Shown piece by piece: positions 40,101 through 55,419 of a stretch of DNA of 64,000 nt. Within the stretch, counting starts at the first letter, position 1, and the number at the start of each line of letters is the position of its first letter. Under the pieces are notes generated by a model that saw only the letters and a program-made list of their open reading frames with translations, searched no databases and was not told the origin of the DNA. The stretch lies in NCBI GenBank assembly GCA_012295275.1, contig CM022670.1:16306001-16370000 (forward strand). Reading direction: 5' to 3'. The position numbers and the translations under genes are program-made. The stretch comes from Chrysomallon squamiferum. Its lineage: Eukaryota; Animalia; Mollusca.

Positions 40101-41421
40101 ATGAAACACACACATGTAGCTGTGAAATAATGAAACTGTTTCTGCTGAAGTTTTTGATATGTTTATTTGCACATTAGAACACAATTACAGATAATCAATG
40201 AAAAAAATGTAAAGTCTCAGATGAAAGACAATTAATAAAAATAAATATGGGATAATTACTGATCAAATACATTAATTCTGGTTTATAAAATTGAATATGT
40301 ATATACATATATATATATATATAGTGGACAATTTTATAGTGGACAAATACTTTTGAAGTTTGATAAATATTATATATTGTGAATACAATTTGTTTTAAAC
40401 ATGTTTACCATGTAATATAATAAATTGAACTTCAACTTTGTATGTTATTAATACATCAAAAATAATAAGGTGTTCATCTATCAAATCATTATATTATCAA
40501 GGTGGCTGGATGATAAACAAATGGTTATTATTTAAATAATTTTTACTAGTTCCCTTGCAGCTGAAACCACCCTAGACCGACACCTGATAAGTCTGAATAC
40601 CAACAAACTGTAAACTTATGATTACCTGATTATTTCATATATTATATATCTATGATATACATAAGAATGACCTAAATATCAGAGTTAACTTTGAGCAGTA
40701 TATAAGGCAAGGCTGTAGGGGGTTATCTTTTGTTATGTATGGCACACTTAATACGACATTTTATCATGCTATAAACTGTATCCAACAAACATTTTGAAGA
40801 TGACATAATTAAATCTTATATATTTTGTGATGAAGTGACATTTTGTAATATTATAATGCATTTTTAATTCTATATATAAAGAACCCCTGTAAATGCCAAT
40901 ATGCAAATTACTACACATCCACAAAAGTGTTCAGGCAGCAATTATCACCATCTTCAATATATTTTTCTGGTGTTTTATTTTTATTTTTTTTTTTTTGTAA
41001 ACTGCTGAACTGATCTTAATCAGTATATTTCAAGGTAAATGAATATATACTATCAGTGATTCTAAATATTTACTGTAAGTTTGTTAATCATTTAATTTAT
41101 AGCTGATGGCTGTGAGAGCTGACATCTAGGAAATTATTCTGAATAAAAATAATGTGAATAGAAATGATATAGTTTACATATTTTTAACTAAAAATTTACT
41201 ACTTTGGTTTTTTTTTTTTTTTTTTTTTCTTCAGTTGTTAACAAAAATGCTGATTAATATTTTAAAAAATCACATATTTTCAAAACATTTACCTTTGAAT
41301 TTTATTTTTACAATATCTGATAATAGTCATTATAGGATATAGATTTATGGTTTAATTTTGGATTAATTACTGTTCAATAATAATTTTAAATGTTAAAATG
41401 ATTCGATTACAAATAATAATG

Positions 41422-41502
<81 letters not shown>

Positions 41503-41686
41503 GTGCTTATAGTTTGTTACAAACCTTTGATTTTCTTCCTCTCTTTTGTTTTCTATCATCCTCAAAATCAAAGCTTGGGGGCTGAACAGGTGATCTAAAA
41601 CCAAATGCAAAAACAAGAAAAGCACAGAAGACAACACCGATAACAGGTAAAAACACGTGTGGAGACACAGCCTCGGTCAGTTCCAT
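34147..41686 (-). CDS. MTDH: Metadherin/LYRIC-like single-pass membrane protein, lysine-rich, 9 coding exons
   Basis: Exons 41686-41525, 39096-38944, 38666-38600, 38139-36911, 36672-36499, 35612-35415, 35209-35113, 34645-34562, 34205-34147 join in frame. N-terminal TM segment (VFLPVIGVVFCAFLVFAFGF) is followed by a basic stretch. Internal EDGEWTMQISRK and C-terminal TWTEATPKKSKKKARREN* resemble metadherin EGAWETKIS and SWESPKQIKKKKKARRET. Gene structure is solid; orthology less so. Confidence 0.72.
36990..37990 (-). repeat. Coding tandem repeat array (K/E/S-rich, about 13-20 aa units) inside MTDH-like exon 4
   Basis: Units such as KLSKNTEVDKKSEK, KKSSKNTEVDKKSEK and KKSKNTEADKKEKSE occur more than 15 times in one open 1.2-kb exon. 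Confidence 0.9.
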
Positions 41687-42170
41687 TTCAGTTTAGTGTC
41701 ATTAATTTCACAAAACTGGATATAAAATATAAAATATGGATCAAATCTACAACACAAATTTGTTAATATTCTCTCATGCTGACGTCGCTTGTTGTATACG
41801 TCACCCTTTTTGCCTGTTGCTTGTAGTCTCGATCAGATAAGATATTTTAAAACCACAGGAAGAAAACACTGTTAACAAAAATAAAATATAAAATAAAATA
41901 ATTTAAAAAAAAATCTAATTTGATTCTGAATTAACATTATATTTTGAAATAAATAAATATCAGCAAAAAATGTAATTTTAAATCTCATATGTTTTATTTA
42001 CTTTTTTTGTTGTGGGTGTTTGATATTTATTTTTAGCTGTGTCTCATACACAGGTTTCTGTGACATCATACAAATAAGCGTACTCTTGTTAATGGATGTC
42101 AAATATGCAGTGCAACGTCCTTTCTGTTGTTGTTTCGAAAGCGTTATTTTTGTTCGATTAGCTACAGTTG
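41687..42170. promoter_or_regulatory. Probable bidirectional promoter MTDH-like / OSER1
   Basis: Divergent genes. Locally CpG-enriched, with CRE-like TGACGTCG (about 41780) and TACGTCA (about 41797). A GTAAGA donor at 42171 marks a likely non-coding first exon of OSER1. Confidence 0.5.
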
Positions 42171-42808
42171 GTAAGATTAAATTATTAATATTATTATTTT
42201 TTTTTTTGTTACGAAACAAATCTGCCTTTGCTTAGGTTGCTTAAAATAATTTAAAGAAAATGAATTCTCATTATTCTGAAATGTTTTACTACTACTACTA
42301 CTACTAGTACTATACTTAGATTACTAGTACTATTCGTACGCCTAAAGAAGATATCCGATATAATACTGATTCAGATTTCTCCTTTAGTCCCGTCTGGGAT
42401 AGTTATAAAATAATAGTAATAATATTGATCTCTGTATACAAAAATAAACAAACAACAAAAACACCAACAACAACAACAGGAGTAAAATAGGAACTTTTTT
42501 CCTTTCTTTCTGTTCATTAAAATTAAGGTTTCAGTTTGTATAGGACAGTGACTAATGCTAGCAATGGCTTAGTAATGCCATTGGTAATGCCATTGGTAAT
42601 GGTGGAAGTGTTTTTGTTATCTTCCTCTTAGTGTTTATTAGAAACAGAACATATCATTATTTGTAGTATAATTTAATTAATATTTTCACAATTAGTATTA
42701 CAAATGAAGTTTTACATTTTTAATTGATTATGAGAATTATTTTTCTTAAAGTTTAATAATAATTAATATCTAATAAGTTTTGTATGCTGATACTACAGAC
42801 CATTGAAT

Positions 42809-42851
<43 letters not shown>

Positions 42852-43092
42852 AAATAAATATATAAAAATAAAATAATAAAAAATAGACGAAATAATTTTA
42901 TTTTATTTTTTCTATTCCTAATAAAGTCTTCCATTCTATATTATTTCGTTTTAACAAGAATCTCATCCTGATGCATATAAATTGATGTGTGCGTTTGAAA
43001 TAAATAATGATATTTTTGGTATTGGATATTTGTTATAAACCTCTAGTAATACATATCTTGAAGAGGTTTTTATTTTACAGTCACATCTCAGC

Positions 43093-44819
<1,727 letters not shown>

Positions 44820-45634
44820 AATTTATTTCATTTATTTACTTATTTAAATGAGATGCCTTTGATGTGTATAATTTAAAGTTTGTAATAAATATATGGTTTT
44901 CTTTAACAAAAATTTTGCAATGTTTGGACACAGATTGTTTTCAATTAACACCTTTGACAACTGAATGCCTTACATTAATTTTTTTTTTTTTTAGATTTTG
45001 AAAGAATCCCATTGTTTAATACACTGATAATCACCAACCACAAGTTTTTCTAAATAAAATTTTCTAAAATTCTCTTTGTCGTTTTCATAAATTTGTAAAT
45101 GCACCTAAATAATTATCATAACATTCTTTCCAAAATAAAAACATACGACGAATGAATATGAATTCATTCACTTAAAAATATATATATATATACTTAATAG
45201 ATTTTTAATAAACTTGGTTTAATGACCTTTCAGGTTATAAAATAATGTATACAATATCTATCATGGAAGAAATATTAGGCCATTCATTAGCTTTACAACG
45301 ACAAGCATTTTGGCTCTCGGATAACATTTATATATTCATTATATAGCCTTTAGTATATCTGCAAAATCACGCCAGCTGTCTCTCCTCACACACACACATT
45401 TCTGTTAAAAAGAGTTTTAAAAATGTAGACAAGTTTGATATATTTGAAGAGAAAAAAAAAGGTTAATTATGCATCAGGTATTTTTTCACCAAGACTGATT
45501 ACACTGATGAACAAGCATAATATACATTGTATCTGTGGTGCTAACAACTGGTTATCACATATTTATATATCACAGCTTTCCTTTCAGATCACGGGAGTGC
45601 TAGCATAGTGTTTAGAAATTGACTTCATTTCTAA

Positions 45635-45925
45635 ATTCAGAAGGAAGAAATGTTTTAATTAATGATGATGAGCTGTTTTTAATTAATTGTTATAAGCTTG
45701 GTATATGCCATCATAAATACTTGCCAATAAAATGGTGAAAGAGCATATATAAGGCTAGCACAAACAGGGCTAATCTTTACTGATTTACAGCAAGCATCAT
45801 GAAGGGATCATTAATATACACCTTTCCAAGGCCAAGACATGTTTGTCATAGCTTTTGATAAACAAGTCCCACTGAGAAGAATTTGACCTGTAACCATCAA
45901 TACTCTGTCCACAGAGTGATGCAAT
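45635..45925. mobile_element. Possible degenerate SINE-like interspersed repeat between OSER1 and TTC4
   Basis: Starts GAAGGAAGAAATGTTTTAATTAATGA and contains GGGCTAATCTTT..CAGCAAG blocks that resemble, from recall only, an abundant gastropod interspersed repeat. Not verifiable within the window. Confidence 0.3.
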
Positions 45926-46177
45926 TTGCAGATGTAATTTGGTTTTTAAATACCAACATGAAAGTGTCTAATAATTTAAATATTTTTATATTTCATCTCA
46001 AGACTATGATCTGTTATTATTCTTGTCATTAATGATAAAATATACAAGAAATATATCAGTCAAAGGATTTTTTGAATTTGTAATATGAAATTTGTAAACT
46101 AAAACAATGGCATTAAAATGGAAAATACATTTGTGGCATAGATGACAAAAACAAATAAATTTAGATAATATTTTTAA

Positions 46178-49100
46178 TTATTCATATCTCTTCAAGAATT
46201 CTGTTGCAAACTTAGAAGGAACTGACAAAAGAATGAAACTTGGTGTTCCACCTGTCACAACATACCTGAAAGGAAAAATGAAAGCCACTTTATCATGAAA
46301 TTATTAAGCAACTGTATGTATAAGTCAAATCCTTATTAATATTTTATAAATGAATAAAATATCTTGAATAAATATTTATGTTCTTTACTATGTAAAGCAT
46401 CATTTAACAACTTTTATCACGAATGAAATTTTTATGTTCTTTACTATGCTAGAGAACAATAAATTAAATAATATAGTATCTGAATCACTTAGACAAATTT
46501 ACAGATTATAAAAAGAATAATGACAAAAAATGTAAAATCTGACAATTTTAAAAGTTTAAAATTGTTAATGCTGATCATAGGTGAAAAAACCCATACTTTT
46601 CATGTTGTAAAATTTTCAATAATGGTGTCTTGGAAGGTACTGGATACAACTTTTCTTCTTGTCTGTTTTCAAAGAAGATCTGAAAAGTGAAATATTAAAA
46701 CATGAGCTTTTTATTAACAGTACAGATTTGATGGATTGTGGACTGCTGAAGTGGCAACAACTGTTAAAGATAGTAAGTTTTTTTTTCTCAGTATTTTGGG
46801 CCTTCTGATTAACTGTCCACTTATTTATAAACATAAAGGATGCTTGAGTGACATGTATGGTAATTTAGATAACAAATAAAATGGTACCTGAATATGCTCA
46901 GGGGTATACTTGGAATCAGCATCCCAGTGAACAGGCTGTCCTTCTGGTCCAAACATGCAAACAAGATGATCAAAGAAACTGAAAATTATTAGAATAAAAC
47001 ACTGAATCCTAAATGTTAATGAAGCATGAAATACAAGTTGTTACACTAAAAATTCTTAATATCTTATAATGTGCTTGTATACATGCACACACACACACAC
47101 CACACACACATAATCACTAAAGTACATATGTATATATATGTATACACATATACAAACACATGCACTTTATATGTATTTTATATATATTAATAAATATCTG
47201 TAAATCTGTCTGTTGTAGCTTTAAAAACATACTGTTTATTGATTTTTGTAATTTTGATCTAAATTACCTAATACAAGGTGACAAAAATATTTCAGTTGAG
47301 CCAATGTTAAATAGACATATACAAATATAAATATTGTTTTTTGAAGATACAACTGAATTTCTGTTTTAATGGACCTAGCATTTTAACATTATTTGAAAAA
47401 TTCTAAAAATATACATATTGAAATGTATATAGTCCTCAAAATACATTTAACCATAGTACTGAATTATATAAACTAATTTCCCTCAAATTAAAAATCAATA
47501 ACATTAAAAAAAGAAAGAAAAAAAAAGGAAAACAACAAAACAAACATGTTACAGAATACATATAGTTTCAAATGTCATCTTTGGAATTTCTCATTTTTCA
47601 TGCTTTTAGAAGCAGCCAAATCAAACATCATCTATAATTATGAGATTCAAACATCCGATAATTGCTGATACAAATTCTATTAAATGGCTCCTGGATAAAC
47701 AAAGCAAAAAGGTACTACTTTTAACACTTTGTTTTGGAAAATTATCATCCATTTCCAGAAGCTTAATATATAAATGTAACAAAATTTTTATTTCAATAGT
47801 TAAAATTTACTTCAGTGATTCATTAATGTGGGTTTTCTCACTACTGAACTAAATTTTGAATACCTCTGTTTATTATTATTATTACTATTTTTTTAAAATG
47901 ATTATTATTACCTATCATTTTCACAGAATTTTTCTATGAAATCCGTCTCCCCATATTCAGGATAGAAAAACATCACTGGCCAATGAAGAATTCCATTTTC
48001 ATCTTGAAAAACCTTTGCTCCTGATGGGTTACATGTCTCTACACTTGTCAACAACAGCGAACTTCCTTTTTTTAACTTGGAATTCTGCTTCATTCCAGCT
48101 AGATGAACTCCTCGTCTCTGTTAACACACAGTATGTTAAAAACACTTTTTTATCAATGTACTCGAGTTGAACTGTTACCTTTAACATTCCTTGTTTTTTT
48201 AATAACCAGCGATTTCATTATATAAACAAATACGGAACAGATAAATATGGCAACTGATGATTTCATGGCTAACAAATTTTCTAGCAGATAAATGTACAGA
48301 TATGGTAACTTAACCAGTGATTTATTTATCTTTGTTGTCATCTCATACCTAAATATATATATATATATATATATATTTAGGTATGAGATGACAACAAAGA
48401 TAAATAAATATATATATATATACACTCAGTCAGCACATACTTATTAATGAACTTAGACATATATCTATACAAAAATAAATAGTTAATCAAGTGCAGAAGT
48501 AATGCCTTAATTTTCAGTAATATTATACTGTGTTTGTTTCTAATCAAATAAGCACAAGTTAGATTTTTACCTCTATTACAGATATAAGTTTTTGTTCTTC
48601 CTCCATTTCTTTCCTTTCTTGAACTTCTTGTTTTCTTCTGTCTCGATCCTGGTTTTTCTGTAACATACATCACCATGCTAACAGTTATTGCCCATTAAAC
48701 AATTGGGAGATGCATATTATTTTTTTAAGTATATTACAATAAATATGACATGTTAAATGACCTTTAAAATGATTGTGCCATTTTAAGTGGCAACATTTAG
48801 TGGTAAAACTGATTGATACTTATTATGCAAAATACACCAATTATTTTAACTTTAAAACAACCAAAGTTTTAACCACTTTGATATATGTGTGTATGAATGC
48901 ATATGACTTTAAAACAATTGTTTCATATATGAGTTGGTGTGCCAAATATATAACTTTTTAAATACTTTTGTGCTGATTCCCATAAATGTTATAACATTTT
49001 AAGTTCTGTAGAGCACCATGAATGAATATTTCATTCACAGATTTAGATCAAGCATCTGAGACACGGATCATCCAAAATTGTTAAATTAATCATATTTGTA

Positions 49101-51331
49101 AAAATTTGACACATTAAGATAGGAAAATCATTACAATTTCTAAACAAATTAAAATATTTCATTAAAAAAATGTAACTCTAAACATGAATTAACCTTAACC
49201 AAATATATAATCTCTGGAATGTTTAAAATAAGTTTTGATGGTTTCAAATTTTATTATGGGTATTTAAAGAGCTTATGAAACAGAGACATTTATATCCAGT
49301 TGTGTGTGAATCAGAAAATAATTTGCATATAAGTTGACACAGGCAAATGTTAACAGTCAAAGTTACAGTAAATAATTCTGAAAACCTGTTTCTATGGAGT
49401 AAATTTATTAAATGTGCAGGTAATATGCATATACTTAAAAATATGGTAACCTTACTCTGAATTAACATTAGGGCATTTGGTCAATACTATGTTGACCTAA
49501 ATGTTGGACACTGTTTGCTCAACAGGTGTAAATATCTGGCTGAAATGTTCTTTGATACTGGTAAGATAGATTAGAATGACCTGTTACTGACCTTCAGTAT
49601 TTCTGCTTTTTTTCTCATTTCTAACAGTTTGGGATTTTCTGGCTCCAACTGAATGAAAATATATAATGGCTTGATTATCATTAAGGAAATATAATCAGTT
49701 TTTGAAACTTTATTTTAATAATAATAATAATGATATCAGGAATGGAATATTCATATTCATTCCCATAGTAATCATTTAGATTCTTGGAGAAATCATGCTT
49801 GTCCTTGATAATAGTTTGGTTTAATAATATTAATATAAGTTTTAAATTTCTTAAAATGAATTTTTCACTTACTCAGCTAAGTTACTTATAATTAAACTGA
49901 ATAGCATGTTGCACTAAGTCTAAACACCAGTACTTTTTATTCAGGAAATTATGACATCCATTAAATTTTTATGTTAAAAGTTAATGAAAATGTACCAGAA
50001 GACCAGCTTCACACCAGTTGATTGCACTTTGTGACTTGCCCATCTCCAAACAACACTGAGCACCTATATTATAACAACATATTAGTGCAAACACATTAAC
50101 AAGTTCAAGTAAACAAAAATATAAAGTAGAAATAATTTTACTCACAATATATTATCATTTTCATTCACATCTCAGCAGAAAATATAGCCATTTGGATCAA
50201 TGAAAACTTTTGTCACATTTCAGCTCAAATTAACAAGAAAGTAGTGCAAAATCTTTTTTTTATCTTTCTTATCAACTGAACACCATTTGAACATACAAAT
50301 AACGTATGTCTCACTGATCAAAATTGGCATCCTTTGAAAATGAACTATTTTCTGAAGATCTGCCTGCATCATTAACTGTAATTACCCTTGTGTTACATCT
50401 CACACAACATTTGGCCTGATTGACTCAAGCTAGATGTTTGCTGCAGAGCAATTCAGAAAATCACTTGTTATTAATTAACTGGGTGATAATTTTTTAAATA
50501 ATTGCTTAATATAGCCATATGAATAGTGTTTTCTTGATGAGTTTAAAAAAATATTGTCTTGTCTGTCCCTCTTTAAGTCACTCATTAATATTTAGTGATG
50601 TTTATAATCTATCTTTATAACTCACCTTTGAATATAGCTTTAAAGTGGTCTGGTTTGAACTTCCTTGCAAAAATACAATCATTTAATGCTGAGCGATAAT
50701 TGCCTGTAATTAAAAGCATAACATTATTCACAGAACATAATATTATTTCATAAATGTAATTTACAATCAAGAAAATGAACCTAATATAACAAATGTTTTA
50801 AAGACAGCTGTAATATTAAACAAAACTCATATGTTTCTTATATTGTTGAAAAAACTCTGACATCAAAATTCTATCTACTTATATCTACCTACCTACCTGT
50901 GTGTCTGTCTGTTTATCAATCTACCCATCTACTGTCTGACTGTCTATCTATCTATTGATAATTGTCTGTCTATAGCTGATGGCTAATCTGCATATCATTC
51001 ACTAAGTCTTACCCAAATGAAACTGTGCTGCAGCTCGATTGCTGTAACAAACAGCATTAAGTTCCTTTTGTGGACAGCGACACTTTATGGCTGCTGTGTA
51101 ATTGTCTCGTGCCAGTTTATATTTTTTCTTTTTAAATTCATAGTTTCCTTCATCCCGATAACTGTCAGCATTAGCTAAAACAGATGAGAAATAACTAATA
51201 CTGATAACAGAAGTGGATGATTATTCTAGAAGCAAACAGTATCATCTATAGTAAAGAGGATTTATAAATATTAAAATATCTCAAAACACTTTAAATAAAA
51301 TTTAAATTATAATTTTTTAATAATACATGTA

Positions 51332-51382
<51 letters not shown>

Positions 51383-53416
51383 AATGGTTACTTTTTATAA
51401 GTTAAAAATACAAGAATTTGATATCTGACCCATTACTGATTTCTAAATCAAAACATTACTCCCTCCACAAAAAACCCCACAAACAATCTGACATTATCAT
51501 GAAAAGGTTTTCAACATCATGCAATGCATGATAAACATTCTAATCTGTTTCTACGAGACATTATTTTGATTAACTATTCCACTCATTTAATTTTATTTCA
51601 GGAGAAGATGAAGACACAATAATGAATATTCAATCCTTTTTTTATGAACTATGCTGCAAACCGTATGTAGTAAATTGTATTCATATTTATTTATAGAATT
51701 TATTTTACATTTTTATGAAGGCTCAAGACAGGAAGCAGATACAGACTGACAAACTTGATCTCCATTTCTTGTACAACAAATTAAAACTAACCAGTAGGAT
51801 TTTCACTTTCATATTTGAGTGCCATCAAACCTTCAACATCTGGGGTTAAAGGTTTACTCAGATCAATTTCCTTCATAAATGCTGGATGCTTCATCATTTC
51901 CTAAAAATAAAGAAAACATTGTTCTTACTGAATGAATATACTTTTTTTCCCCCTGCTACATACTAATAAAATGAATGAATTATAGAATGTAGTAAGTTAT
52001 ATAATAAATGTTTAACATTATCATTGTAATTATTAAAGCATAACAATAAATAATAATAACAATAAAATAAATAAATAAAATTTATTACAGACTGCAAAAT
52101 ATTCAAATCTCTGTTGTAACAAATAATTTTACTTATTATTGAAAATAACAATTTAAACTGATTCACTGTTGATGCTACATTTTGAACAACCAGTCGTGTG
52201 TTCCTGCAAAAATATATTTTGTATATCTGCAAAATTGTTGTAACATACAGCTATTTAATTTTTCTAACATGACTGTGACTTCTAGAATGATCCTGAAAAC
52301 TGTGTTTGTACTTCAGTTTGGGAACTGTTCCATTATAATATATCAAAATGTACAGTGGAATACCCTGATTTGATCCAACTGATATACATCATCTTTAAAA
52401 GTATCATGAGAGAAATACTTCTCTATCATTGATTGTACAGAAGTAGCAGACTACTGAACGTTTTTTTGATTTGCAGAATAATATAATTCTGTATGTTCAG
52501 CTTTTAAAAAATTCTGTATAACAACATTTAGCTGTAACCTTTTACCAAAATCTCTCATGGGAGTATGTAGCCATATGTTAGCCAGACAGACACAACTTTC
52601 TATTTTTGTACTTTGTCTTGTCATTTTTTTAATGAATCCTTGCATAAACCAGATATGTCTACTAACAAATTATCTTATCCTTTATGCAACAAGTTGCATG
52701 CTTTTGCCAAATCCATGCCAAACATTACAATACAATCTTGTGGATCAGTTTTTTTATTTACACTATCCCAAAAATACTTTGAAAAGACTATCTACATTCC
52801 TAGAAACTGCTTCTGGTTACAGGTAGATTTTACTGTGAATCAAAAGACGTATGTTGGTTTTCTTTTCTGGAGATGAATATCAAAAGAATATCATAACTGT
52901 CTGACATCATTTCCATGTTTTTCTTTCCAGCAGCTGGTGATATGAATTCCTCTGTTTTGGCAAACACATGTTTAAACAATTTTCTCTCCTTGTGTTATTA
53001 AGGACATTTGTTTACAGACCTGAAAATTCTTATTACTTTTCCTTAGATTGCATGTACTCTTTATTTTCTTCCTGCACTCTGTACTATACTGCTAACATTA
53101 ATAATCAGTGAAATGCAACATATATTATGGAAGAATTATATATTAATATCATCTTATTTTTACAATAAATCTCTCAAATATCTAAACATTGTATCACTAG
53201 TAATTTATTATAATAGATGTAGAAAAGTCTGACGTGTATCTAATAAGAAATACATTTAAACAATGTGACCTCAAGTTACTTTCTGGTAAAAATAAATTGA
53301 AAATTTAATCTAACTATTTTACAAGATTTTAAAAAGTAATTTCACTTTTTTTTTTTTTTCATTACCTGATTAATTCGGACTACTTGATTCTGAATCCATC
53401 AAAGAGGTTGGAAAGT

Positions 53417-53456
<40 letters not shown>

Positions 53457-53485
53457 CTGTGTGTGTACTGATATATGTATATATC

Positions 53486-53518
<33 letters not shown>

Positions 53519-55000
53519 CTGTATGTATATGTGTGTTACAGTCAATCTGTAACCAGTCATTACATGTAATGCCTAAACAAATCAGTTATTTTGCAAAGTG
53601 CCTATGACCACAGGCAGTACACCAAATGACTGAAAATCTTAACTATTCATTAGGCAAAATGATTATAGTGTTAGTTATAATATCACATAACTTAAGTCTT
53701 AATCATTTGAGAAGTTGAATGTTAACGAAGAAGTCAATGTCAAATCATGAAAATAATATACAGAGGTTAGGAAGGTCACTATGTTTTTAATACAAAAGGC
53801 TACCATGGTAAAAATTAGTAGAACACTGAATTTGTTTTTGAAACATTTGCATCAGCTGGACATGCCTCTCTTAAGACTTGCACGGTCACACCTAACATAT
53901 CTTTGTTAACCACAGGATTCATGATTAACAGTTCCAGTTTACTTCTCTTGGCCTTAAGCTCGTCTGGGAAGAATGTGCTCCATTTCTGTATTTTAAGATA
54001 TTGTCTATGCAAGCTTTGAGTAAATGAGCAGGCACAGCAACTGGAGAAGGACTCCTCAGAAGTCAGACTGCCATATTCTAGTGTTCAATCTGAACCTAAA
54101 TTGTTCAATGCTGTGACCTCAGCAGCATGCTTTGAACTTAGAGCTTGAAGAAAGACAAACTTGGTTAGGTAGTCTTGATACACAAAAATCTTCTTAAATA
54201 AATTTAGTGTCATGGACTGCATATCAATAAGAAGAGAATTCCTTAATCCTTGGGCATTTGCATTTCTTCTGCAATTCATGATAATAAGACTTCAAAAGAC
54301 TGAAAATGCTGTCAGTAAAAATTTTTGAAAGATGAAAGTCTGTAAAGATTTGTACTAAGGAATTAGAAGAAACTACTGAAAGTAGATGTCTTAATCCATT
54401 TGTTTACTAGGTTTGAGAATAAACCAGCAAACCATTACAACTAATAAGGGATGAAAAGGCTCTTTTAGATAAGAAGACATTAATAATATAGCAGATTCTG
54501 TGTTTGTTTATAAATAAACATTAATTACCATTACCTTTTGTTAGTAATATTCAAGAGATATTAAGCATATTTTCAAAAAGATTTTTTGAATTGGTTTAAT
54601 CTGAAATTTTGTTAAATTTAAATATTCAGTTACTGTATAATAATAAATAATTCATATTAAGTAGTATTTTAAAACATAATATTATAAACAACATACTTCT
54701 TCTTACTTGTTACTAAAATATGATTTTATCAATAATTAAGGCCAAATGCCTGTATTCAAATGTCAACAGTAAGATTTCATTAATAAATTGATATTAATTT
54801 ATTGTCAAACTAATTGAATTCTCTCCAAATAATAACAAACAACAAACCTCAAGTTCTGCTTCAAAATTCTTCACTTCACCATTGTCTGTGGAATATGGAT
54901 TAACATGTGCATCTTTTTTTGCTTCAGCAATACACAGGTTGAGATCTTCATCAAGTTTTTGACAAATATCTTTATCATATTCATTTGAAGTCTTACTCAT
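46178..55000 (-). CDS. TTC4: Tetratricopeptide repeat protein 4 (Cns1-like Hsp70/Hsp90 co-chaperone), 11 coding exons
   Basis: Exons 55000-54848, 51900-51792, 51174-51013, 50703-50626, 50063-49996, 49648-49592, 48657-48571, 48117-47912, 46978-46888, 46679-46597, 46265-46178. Motifs HPAFMK, YRDEGNYEFKKKKY, YSNRAAAQFHLGNYRSALND (TPR clamp), LHWPVMFFYPEYGETDFIEKFCEND (Wheel domain), YVVTGGTPSFILL. Confidence 0.94.
48320..48409. repeat. Perfect 90-bp palindrome centred on an (AT)n run
   Basis: ATTTATTTATCTTTGTTGTCATCTCATACCTAAAT-(AT)n-ATTTAGGTATGAGATGACAACAAAGATAAATAAAT; the arms are exact reverse complements. Confidence 0.95.
52350..53090 (-). mobile_element. Possible highly decayed pogo/Tigger-like transposase remnant
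   Basis: Complex, less AT-rich intronic segment with broken frames, a WFMQGFIKK peptide reminiscent of the CENP-B HTH GWxxxFxKR, and a TA-CAGTGGAA end-like sequence at about 52350. Weak. Confidence 0.25.
53815..54280 (-). mobile_element. Decayed rve-type integrase fragment (Ginger/KRBA2/SCAND3-like) in TTC4 intron 1
   Basis: LLIDMQSMTLNLFKKIFVYQDYLTKFVFLQALSSKHAAEV resembles the family consensus DLIDMQS..FKFILVYQDHLTKFVxLRPLxSKRAxEV. The downstream part (ELKAKRSKLELL) is in a separate broken ORF, so the element is non-functional. Confidence 0.7.
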
Positions 55001-55419
55001 TTTATCTTCAGTGTGGTGTTATTCATGAACAATATCTGAAAAATAAAAATAAACATATATTTAATATATTTACATTAGAGTAGTTCATGTTTAGTTGACC
55101 AAAGCTTATGGGAAAAATATAGGTAATATTAATATTGATTTGCAAGCTTTTTATTTATTTATTTTTTCTCCTTCTTTGAATGTCTTTAAAGTTACACAGT
55201 GACACTCATAGACATCAGATTCTGAGATTGATAGTCATATTCGACGATAAAACCTTACATTTCCTCAGCTTTTCTATTAACAGTTAAAGTTTTAACAAAA
55301 TGACTTCTGTTGTAATTTAGTAATTATTCTTGGTCATAATCTTGTTTAATTATTTTCCTGAAATTTTAATAATAATAAAAAATAACAACAATCTTTTAAA
55401 AACAGTCTAAATACTAACA

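Noticed and set aside
39940-40145. Less AT-rich block in MTDH-like intron 1 with TAAT clusters
   Set aside because: Could be an enhancer, but no ORF, splice pair or RNA motif supports a call.
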